Shown: positions 56,122 through 64,000 of the stretch, piece after piece
How the letters are laid out: every line of letters begins with the position of its first letter
How positions within the stretch are numbered: position 1 is the stretch's first letter
Source: Cyanidioschyzon merolae
Taxonomy: Eukaryota
Strand: one strand, 5' to 3'
NCBI GenBank assembly: GCA_000091205.1
Contig: AP006485.2
DNA length: 64,000 nucleotides
The notes under the pieces: generated by a model
The model's database searches: none
Seen by the model: only the letters and a program-made list of their open reading frames with translations
What the model was told of the DNA's origin: nothing
Translations under genes and position numbers: made by a program

Positions 56122-57288
56122 ATGGACTCACACCCCCAAAATACCAGCGATGACGATGATGACGTTGAACATGTTTACATTGTGAGTAGCCCGGAAGCGT
56201 CCAGTGAAGAAGAGGGCTGGAACTTGCCAGCACCTGACGCCAACGCTGACGACGCTGTCGCGGTGCTACGAGGGCACTCCAGTGCAGTATACGCTGTAGC
56301 GATCACAGGTCAGGATGAGGTGGTGATTTCTGGAGGAGGCGATGATCGAGCGCTGGTCTGGGTGCAGCCCTTTTCAGAGGCACCGCGGCTCCTCGGCGAC
56401 TTTCATGACAGCGTCAGCGCTGTGGCGCTTACAGGATCGCGCTTAGCGCTCGGCACACTGGCGGGCGAACTACAAGTACACTGCACCCAGCAGCTGACCG
56501 AGCGCACCGAAGGAGAACAACTCGCACCGCCGCTGGCTCAGGTGGAAACTGATGTTGGCATCGAGTGCCTTCGAGGAAACAGCGAATTCTTCGCTGCCGG
56601 AACAGCGGATGGAGCACTCTGGGTCCTCGATGCGCTCTCTGGAGACTGCCTTGGGGTTGCTTACAATCACCAAGGCGCCATTAATTCGCTCGCTTTCGTC
56701 CAAGATGATACGAATGTGTCTACGACGAGCCTATTGGTGACGGCCTCGACGGATGGCACCGTGCGTTTATGGGGACCTCCGTCGCACGGCACCGTCCCGT
56801 GCCTATACGCAATGGATGGGGTATTTCACGACGCTCCTGTACTTTCGTTGGCAAGTTTTCGGGACGTGGTGCTCAGCGGCGATGAGGCAGGTCGATCGTT
56901 TCTAGCGAACTGGCGAACTGGACGTGTCTTGTGTCCGTTGAGCCAGCAGCACCAGGGGAGCGTGGAGAGTGTCGTCGCTAGTTCCGAGTTTCTGGTTACG
57001 GGCGGATCAGATGGATTTCTTCATGTGTATACACCAGATGCACGATACAGAATGAGCTTTCAGCATCGCGATGTCGTCGTTGTGGTTCGGGAAACGAAAC
57101 GATGGTCCCAGTGCTTTGTTTCTGCGTCCGTCGATCAGACAGTGTGCCTTTGGGATTTACGTTCTGGTGCCGAGCCAGTGCGATGTTGGCGTGGTCACTG
57201 CGACGCGATTCTGACCATGGATATCGGAACGGAGCTGATCGTTACCGGGAGCGACGATGCTACGGTACGATGCTTTCCTCTGCAGTAG
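56122..57288 (+). CDS. AAMP/Sqt1-like WD40-repeat protein (acidic N-terminus + 7 WD repeats)
   Basis: ...DDDDDVEHVYIVSSPEASSEEEGWNLPAPD...AVLRGHSSAVYAVAITGQDEVVISGGGDDRALVWVQPFSEAPRLLGDFHDSVSAVAL parallels human AAMP (EEEEGNEEGWVLEPQ...[56 protein letters not shown]). The ORF extends 5' to 55861, but that part overlaps the glycosyltransferase. Confidence 0.6.
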   Translation: MDSHPQNTSDDDDDVEHVYIVSSPEASSEEEGWNLPAPDANADDAVAVLRGHSSAVYAVAITGQDEVVISGGGDDRALVWVQPFSEAPRLLGDFHDSVSAVALTGSRLALGTLAGELQVHCTQQLTERTEGEQLAPPLAQVETDVGIECLRGNSEFFAAGTADGALWVLDALSGDCLGVAYNHQGAINSLAFVQDDTNVSTTSLLVTASTDGTVRLWGPPSHGTVPCLYAMDGVFHDAPVLSLASFRDVVLSGDEAGRSFLANWRTGRVLCPLSQQHQGSVESVVASSEFLVTGGSDGFLHVYTPDARYRMSFQHRDVVVVVRETKRWSQCFVSASVDQTVCLWDLRSGAEPVRCWRGHCDAILTMDIGTELIVTGSDDATVRCFPLQ

Positions 57289-57521
57289 AATGTCTGTCCT
57301 CCGGGGATTCCATAACTGGCTGCATGAATGTTTTATGACTTGAGCGCTGCCTATCTTGGACATGTACCTATAACTTCATGCTGCTTCGAATGCTGTTGGA
57401 CGCTATGCATGGATACATGGATGCATCGGTGCATCCAGGGATGTATATCTGTGCCCGTGTTTACACTGGTGCACGTTCACAGTTGAACATCAACATCCAC
57501 ATGCTTGCTTCCATCTGCTTA

Positions 57522-58304
57522 TCATGATCGTTGGTCAGCATTTTTTCTCGGAGCATGCTGGTGGCGTCGACGTGCCCGAGGGCGCTCTGTCTCTCGAGCG
57601 AGACGCGAGAACATGAGCATGAGGCGCTCTGTGGGAACGCTCCGCTCCGCGCCGATGGACTGTGATCTTAACATGTCTCGAGGCACCGGCTTCACCAGTA
57701 CAATATCGTCGCCATCATCTTGGTTGACCACTTTCCATTCAGAGGGAACATCCGTTGAGTTGAGTAGTTTTGCAAGCTCTGCTTTTCTTATTTTTTGAAA
57801 AGCCATTTCAACGATACTGCAGATAAAGTTTCGGACGCCGAGGTCAAAGTCTACAATGGAATCGAGCAGTTGGCCCAGTGGCGTTCCATGGGCAGCTTCT
57901 TGGCTTCTCAACCTCCAAAACTGATGGAACTGACCAGTCTCAAGGAGATCCGCTAGTTCCACAAGTTTCCGAACCAGCTCTGACTGCTCGGTCGTCTGCT
58001 CGGTGGTTCGGGTGTCAAGCGGTTTCAGCAGGAAACGACAGCAAGTGGTAGCCTCTGAAGGCAGCACCATTAACGACTTGGCGAGGATGATGCCTTTTAT
58101 GTCGTCCTTGGCTCTATCGGGGTACAGCTGATACAGTTTTAAAGTAAGCAGGTGTGTTGCAACGTCGTGCACTGCGAGGCCACCGGCCGCGTCTAACCGT
58201 ACCCGGGCTTCCAGCTCCTCGAGGCGTTGTGGGTCGTAGCGGCTGCCCCAGGGATACGTGCTCTGGGATTTCTCGATGAAAGTCACGTCCATGTGTACAG
58301 CCAC
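57522..58304 (-). CDS. EIF3K: eukaryotic translation initiation factor 3 subunit K
   Basis: YDPQRLEELEARV...LTLKLYQLYP...LADLLETGQFHQFW...FDLGVRNFICSIV is co-linear with eIF3k (YNPENLATLERYVE...VLKLYQFNP...LGDLLETCHFQAFW...FEDSVRKFICHVV). Confidence 0.8.
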   Translation of the reverse strand: MAVHMDVTFIEKSQSTYPWGSRYDPQRLEELEARVRLDAAGGLAVHDVATHLLTLKLYQLYPDRAKDDIKGIILAKSLMVLPSEATTCCRFLLKPLDTRTTEQTTEQSELVRKLVELADLLETGQFHQFWRLRSQEAAHGTPLGQLLDSIVDFDLGVRNFICSIVEMAFQKIRKAELAKLLNSTDVPSEWKVVNQDDGDDIVLVKPVPRDMLRSQSIGAERSVPTERLMLMFSRLARETERPRARRRHQHAPRKNADQRS

Positions 58305-59504
58305 AGAAAGGCAAGAAGAGCGTTGTTTCTAGGCAAACGTAGTGCTGAACGTCGACGGCAGACCGGATTGGTTTGGCGATTTCTCACACAATCACGAAAC
58401 GTTTCCATGAACCGTAGACCCCAGAATGCGGGATGGATGGGTATTGGTAATCGAAAAAAAGTGCACATCATGCTACTGCACCAAGTTCTATTATTCATAC
58501 TTGCTTTCGAATGTGCTGGTCGTTTCGTATGTTCTATCGCGCGCCGAGTGCCTGCTGTGAGCAGCCGCCTTAGCGCCTAGACCGCTGGAACAGATGCATC
58601 ATGGAGACAAGACGGCTTTGCCGTACCAGTGAGGGCGTCGGATCGAGGAACGCTTCACCTGATACGGAGCCGGAGTACATGGTCATTCTGGGCGCTTGCA
58701 AGCTGCGCAGACAGAACGACTGCCTGCAGAAGCTCGAAGCGATATGCTAGGAGTCTACTGCGACCAGCGCGATGCTCAGAAGCAGCCGAACCGCCGCTAG
58801 TCCCAGAATGAAGTGTGTTGCGGACGAGCTGCTCAGATCTCATTACAACATCCTCCACTTTAGAGGCACACGGAGCATGAGCCACGCAGACTCGTCCGGC
58901 TTGCGGGACCTTCCGCCTGTATGGTAAAATTTTCGAAATGCGGATAGCGCTCCCCCATGCAACGTTTACCATATAGAGGAGAAGAACCTGTCCTATCGTT
59001 GTTATTTAATGGTTCGTTTCTGTTCATGGTTCTGTATAGCATATTCGATACGCGCACCTCCATGTCTGGCAGGCATGAGATGCGGCGCGCGTTTCGCAGT
59101 GGAAGAGAAACGCGATCCTCATCGTTATCATGTTGCTCTAAAGTACAAGGTGTCTTTGCGTTGCAGTCGTACCGAACCATAGATTTCAATTCAGTTGTTT
59201 TTCAACCCTCAAGCAAGTATATTCAAGTGATTTCTCGCGGTTTATAGCTGAAGCGTTCAACGTGTGTTCATTTTCAAAAAATAAAAAAGGGAAGTTAGCG
59301 AAAAGCAAGTTGAGGATCCCGAAGGGCTTGTGCCGCCGGCTGCCAGAAGAATAAAAAGCATGGCGGAGCAAAGAGCAACAGGAAAAGACGAAGAAGCAAG
59401 AGAAGGAGGCCCTACGCCAAAGGCTGCAAGAAAGACGACACTGCGACGGAATGGTGCTGGAAGCCTGTCTTCTTGGACATATTAATGATCCATACTAGGA
59501 AAAG

Positions 59505-61410
59505 TTGCGAGAGGCCATCAGAAACCGGACCGAGTCGTTCTCCAGGAGGATTATAAAGTCTTCGTCAGGGCTAATGCATTTGGTGAAGGATATGTACGAA
59601 GACGTGACGGACATCAAAAAAGTCGAGATTGCAGAAGAATTTTGCGACCAGGCCTTTATTCCTCACCTGATGCTTGGCACCGGGGAAACGTCGACGAAAA
59701 ATGAGCGAGTGTATGCCTTCCATGAAAATCACTCCGAATTCCGCTTCGACGGTACTCGACACATGCCTGACTCGAATATTTACACGTACGGAGCAATGGA
59801 GGGCCTCACGAACCTGAAGAACCATATGATCGTGAACCTCGAACGTTTCATGATACGCACCATGTTTGCGCTGAACCCCGGCCTTTCTCGCCAGTGGATA
59901 CGGGCCATCATCAATGGCATCAAGAACGCTCGCCAGAATGGACAGGAGATCGAATTCGTCGACAAAAAGACATCACACAGGAGCATGAATAATGCTTCTG
60001 TAATTCGTGCGGCTATTCAAGAGCATCGTGCGGTCTTGGGGCTTGTCAAATCCAGCTTAAACGGTATCAGATATGAAAAGAAAATGAAGAGAAACGGTAT
60101 ACCCTCGTACTGTAGTATTCCGTGTTTCTGAACAGAGACCTCGAACGCAAGGCGGAGATCGAGCAGAGTGTGAGGAGAAAAATGAAGAGTCAGCGAAACG
60201 GAACGCTGCCCTAATGGGTAAGCGCTTCAATGTCGTTCCGCTATGCAACATCGAGTCAAATGTTGTGACAGTTGGCCCGCTACGTACTTTACAGCAAAAT
60301 GAAGGAGATCTATCCGGACTTCGATGTAAGCAGCAACGAGTTTACGGGCGAAAACCGGGAGACGTACTGGGTGAATATGTTCGATTTCAAACGTCTGAAA
60401 ACGAGCAAACAAAAGTTATTTACTGAGGTGATCGAAGCCGATGGAGCAGCCGTGTGTGTACACGATCGGCGCTTGAAAGTGGATCGTCCCATTGCATCTT
60501 CATGCTTCGCCGTCGGCGAGGCATAAAGAAAAAGAGGAGGCGGATCCTGCGACGCATGCGGTGCAGGATAAAGACTTTGTTGTTGGCGCGGACCCTACGA
60601 ACACGAATATTGTTACCGTCGCTGTACCCAAACATGCGGAAGATGGTATCAACGGCAACTTCAGAAACACATGCGTCTGTTGAGGCTCTCAAGAGCTAGA
60701 GGTTACCGAGAATGCGGTATAATGAATGCGAGGAAAAAAATTGAGAAGTGGAATGCAGGAATGAAGGATCGCCTGGAAGCTATGAGGGAGGTGACGAGCC
60801 GAGAAGCGGGCTTTGAAGCTTTTATGAAATTCATGGAAGTTCGCGTGGCTCACTGGGAGGCGCTGTGGAAAGAGAATACAAAGCCCCAGTGGGCTCGTCT
60901 ACGTATGAACCTGTACCGTAACAAGTAGCATGCATTCGCGAATTTTTTCAATGAGTTGAGTGCCCTGAAGGAGGACGAGAGACAGAGGCTCGTAATAGCA
61001 TGCGGAGCAGGGCGCTGGAAGACCCAAAAAAGCGAGTGGACCAGCTCCAACGACGATGGTGTACAAGTAGTGCGCAACGCGTTTCATTACGATACCTGTA
61101 GATGAGTTTCGAGCATCGTATACGCACCATGAACTGGGATGCACACTTCAGAGAGTGGAGATGGAAAAGTGTCAGAGAAGACCTTGGGATACAGAGAAGT
61201 GCGGAGAGCTGACAGAGCAGCAAACGTAAAGAACGGCGAAAGTTCGTGGACTCCATGCATTAGTAAGTACAACCAACGGCAAGCAACGTATGGAGTTTGT
61301 GAATCGCGACTTTAACGCAGCAATCAATACCAGGAGATGTGCGGTGATGGAAAGAAGACCTCCGGAGTTGACAAGAGAGAATTTTATGGACAACCTTCTA
61401 CGATGGAATT
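59505..61410 (+). mobile_element. most complete decayed TnpB/Fanzor-like gene, copy D (RuvC-I-like, Cys-rich, RuvC-III segments in order, interrupted by stops and frameshifts); the 5' boundary is uncertain
   Basis: An AT-richer block carries + strand fragments. DFVVGADPTNTNIVTVAV (60573-60626) is a RuvC-I-type G-x-D-P/L-G/T...A motif. ...RLVIACGAGRWKTQKSEW... follows. HHELGCTLQRVEMEKCQRRPWDTEKCGEL (about 61125-61211) runs to the stop at 61227. Then comes GKQRMEFVNRDFNAAINTRRCAVMERRPPELTR with RDFNAAINT at 61305-61331. The RuvC-I to RuvC-III spacing of ~730 nt is as expected for TnpB-like nucleases. Confidence 0.55.
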
Positions 61411-61584
61411 AGATGAGGAAAGTTGAAACCAGTAGTAGGTGGCCGGTCGAGAAAAACCGACAAGGCGTCTGCACGTCGCCCTAAAGGCTTCCACGCTATC
61501 GGCGTGACGTATGTGCGTTCGTATACCCGTTTTCCGGGTGGCAGTTCCCGCGCACAACGTTTCGCTTGTAGCGCCGCGACTCGA

Positions 61585-62247
61585 ATGCCGCGGTACACGA
61601 TACGGAGTCTACTCGTGTTGGGTTGTGCTTCTTTTGCTATTTACCAAACATCGGCTTCGAAGTATGAGCCTGATGGTCGCGAAAGTATAAGATCGACTCG
61701 ACAAGCGCCCGAAAGAGGGCACAGGACGCGAGCGTCACCTGAACCAGCGAACCACAGAACCGGACAGGGAGCGATCTTGTCTGCTTTGCTGAGCACTAGT
61801 ACTGAGGGCACGTTATCGAGTGCAACGAACAGTGTAGAAGGACTGCGTATTGGTCTTACGAATCAAACGGAGGCTGCTCTTGCCAGCGTTACGCCCGTGC
61901 TGCAGCCTGATGCTGCGGAACTCGAGAACGCGTGCACTTTTCAAGCACCAGAGTTGAGCGCCTTGTCCGGAACGTCAAGTCTCATGGAAGACCTGAGCAC
62001 TGGAGCGGACTCAGTTGCCGGCACTGACAATGACAGTGATCGTTCAGAACAGATGACGCGAAACAAAATTAGAGACCGCTCGTGGTCGTTGTATCGTCAC
62101 CTGATGGATCCACCAGTTGCATCGGAGGTAGGCGTTGCAACTCCCCGTTTGCGTCGCCGCATTGGGCCGAATCCGCAGGCAGTAGGAGTCAACCCCCTTG
62201 ACTCAAGCGGCGAACGTAACGAATGCAGGGCGATGGCTCCGTCCTGA
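61585..62247 (+). CDS. hypothetical secreted Ser/Thr-rich protein (signal peptide MPRYTIRSLLVLGCASFAIYQTSAS); the ORF opens at 61423
   Basis: The ORF alone. It has a hydrophobic N-terminal signal-like segment and then a low-complexity S/T/A-rich sequence. I recognise no domain. Confidence 0.25.
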   Translation: MPRYTIRSLLVLGCASFAIYQTSASKYEPDGRESIRSTRQAPERGHRTRASPEPANHRTGQGAILSALLSTSTEGTLSSATNSVEGLRIGLTNQTEAALASVTPVLQPDAAELENACTFQAPELSALSGTSSLMEDLSTGADSVAGTDNDSDRSEQMTRNKIRDRSWSLYRHLMDPPVASEVGVATPRLRRRIGPNPQAVGVNPLDSSGERNECRAMAPS

Positions 62248-63331
62248 ATCGAGGCTCGGGATGGATACGGCTTTGGGAGTTGAGCACTTCTGCCTCCGCA
62301 AGCTGCCGTTCACGCGCGACTTGACATGGTTCGACGGCGCTGCTTGCTCACGCGTTCAACGAAGCGCGACTCGAATGATCGTGCAGGTCGCGGTCATGGT
62401 CTGTCGCGTTCCCTAAACATTTAAAAGGACGTGACGCATTGCCCTGTCGTGAATATGCTGTCCCAATGGTCTGCTCTAGGTCTATCTGTCGGCATGTCTC
62501 TCTTGCTACGAATACGGATTCGTCCTTGAGGCATCGCACGTGCGTCGCTTGAGACCCGAAGCCATTGAATGCAAGAGCAATATCCCTATCTTTTCAGTAG
62601 GCTTCTAGAACTGCAGAAAAAACTCGCGTCCGATACGATGGATTGGGCGGAGCGGTTGCAAATCCTCGAAAGCGGAAGACTTTCGTGTCCAGTGCAACAA
62701 TCCTGTGATGGTGGACGCGTTCATCCCAGGCCGCTGCTTTCACACCATTGTCCTGAATTTTCCATGTTCATGTTCAACTCCTGTTCAACTTAAAATCTCT
62801 TTGAAACTCCCCAATCAACGCTGAACCCTTGATGCTCCGTGATGGAGACCACGGATTCGCTCTACTCAAGGCAGCAACGACCGACATGGAAGTGAGCGCA
62901 GCCAGCGCAGTCGCCACTGCACCAGAATGTCGGATAGCGTTCACAAATCGCCAGGCTGTCGCTCTGCCCGAAACCGATACGGCACTTGCGCGTGCACCAG
63001 GTCCGCGACGCCTGGAATCGATTTTTTTTTCATTGACAAAACGTTTCCATTGGCCAGCGTTCTCCGATTATGCGCATTTTCCTTTTCTTACTTTTTTGTG
63101 TTATTTTTTCAGTGCACTGTGAAGTATCTATCAAACACCCTACCTCCATGTTCCATTACCTATACTTCGTCTCGGATATTCTGGACGTTTCATACGTCCT
63201 ATCGTGCGTGGGATCGATGCTGTGCATCCGCGGCTCGCCCGCGAATGAAGCGCGATCACGACGCGCGCATCTCATGTCCGTTTTGATCAAACGGCTATAT
63301 ATATCAGATTTGACGAATTTTCGGTGGCATT

Positions 63332-63424
63332 GCGGACGTGTCCGAGTGGTTAAGGAGAACGATTAGAAAGCGCCTAGATATCGTTTGGGCTCTGCCCGCA
63401 CAGGTTCGAATCCTGTCGTCCGCG
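63332..63424 (+). tRNA. tRNA-Ser (anticodon AGA at 63365-63367) with an 11-nt intron (63369-63379) one nt 3' of the anticodon; long variable arm
   Basis: GCGGACG-TG-TCC-GAGTGGTTAA-GGA-G-AACGA-TTAGAA[agcgcctagat]A-TCGTT-TGGGCTCTGCCCGC-ACAGG-TTCGAAT-CCTGT-CGTCCGC-G. The 7-bp acceptor stem pairs perfectly. The type-II D-loop AGTGGTTAAGG and the T-loop GGTTCGAATCC are identical to eukaryotic tRNA-Ser. The discriminator is G, and no CCA is encoded. Confidence 0.85.
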
Positions 63425-63432
63425 CATCATTG

Positions 63433-63437
63433 TTTTT
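63433..63437 (+). terminator. RNA polymerase III oligo-T terminator for the tRNA-Ser gene
   Basis: T5 run (tgtttttatt) 9 nt after the discriminator base. A TATA-like ctatatatatca lies ~30 bp upstream at 63293-63306. Confidence 0.5.
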
Positions 63438-64000
63438 ATTCGATACGTGTATCTGCCCTTCTTGTACAAAACAAATCAGCGGATGAAACGCGTATGGCAG
63501 GCATGCACCAATCGGGGTACCGCCCGGCGCTAGGCATCAAAAAGGACTCGAGCGGGGCCTCGCGGCGGACGAGCTCGCCGAGCGCGACACCCGCTGCTGG
63601 ATGCAGCGCTCCGAAGCTGCAGCAGCGCACGAATACGCTGTCTGTATTCGGTAGGCATGGAATATTGTACCGCTCAGATGGTTTCTGCTTTTCGACTTTT
63701 TCCGCTCTTTGCCACAGATGCACAGCGTCGACGTTGAACGCGCTGCTCTTCTGGCTTACGGATTCATTCATTGTTTGGGATTCTCGGTCGTTTATTTTCT
63801 CGGAGTCGCTCTGCTGCCCTTGGCTGGAGGGATTCCTTACGTTACCGGAACCGAGATGAATCGTTACGTCCTCGAACAAGGATCTGGATACATAACCGAT
63901 ATCATGATGCAGTCCATGAGTACGATTGCGGACTCTTCTGCTTGACTCGTGTAGAGCACGTCCAAATCACGAATGCTTCAGCATTTCTATCTCTCTGGCT

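Noticed and set aside
55861-56233. Apparent overlapping coding of two divergent genes
   Set aside because: This is resolved by internal Met starts, which give canonical N-termini for both proteins. The overlap is a longest-ORF artefact.
61183-61196. gatacagagaag, identical to the start of the conserved U6 snRNA core (ATACAGAGAAGATTAGCA)
   Set aside because: The match stops after 12 nt and lies inside the Fanzor-like relic. No U6 continuation.
1-64000. Prokaryote-style features (operons, RBS, CRISPR arrays, rho-independent terminators, rRNA)
   Set aside because: Gene structure is eukaryotic (long spacers, divergent and convergent pairs, a Pol III tRNA with intron and T-run, homologs of nucleolar, APC and eIF3 proteins). 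Both tandem arrays lack spacer-repeat alternation, so they are not CRISPR.

Overview
This is eukaryotic nuclear DNA of roughly 53% GC, compact and intron-poor. Long uninterrupted ORFs lie on both strands, separated by 0.3-5 kb spacers. The spacers carry microsatellites, two minisatellite arrays (82-bp and 135-bp units) and five decayed copies of one dispersed repeat family. That family encodes a TnpB/Fanzor-like RuvC nuclease (OMEGA / IS200-605 TnpB superfamily); every copy retains the Zn-finger-proximal RuvC-III signature R-D-x-N-A-A-I-N-I. The host genes I can recognise from motifs are: biotin-protein ligase (partial, at the window edge); a CBF/Mak21-type nucleolar protein; cytosolic Glu-tRNA synthetase; BolA; an NDUFAF2/NDUFA12-family protein; a CNNM (DUF21-CBS) transporter; an MRPL53-like protein; NDUFA9; Trm9; a p24/GOLD cargo receptor; PTH2; Xaa-Pro aminopeptidase; TrpD; APC2; an alpha/beta hydrolase; a Nucleotid_trans-type membrane glycosyltransferase; an AAMP/Sqt1-like WD40 protein; and eIF3k. 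There is one intron-containing tRNA-Ser followed by an oligo-T terminator. I see no rRNA, no CRISPR array and no prokaryotic operon organisation. The lineage cannot be fixed from sequence alone; the gene style (very few introns, divergent and convergent pairs, trinucleotide runs inside CDS) fits an intron-poor protist or fungus-like eukaryote. The most interesting content is the Fanzor/TnpB-like relic family, at five copies in 64 kb, one of them carrying the 135-bp minisatellite.
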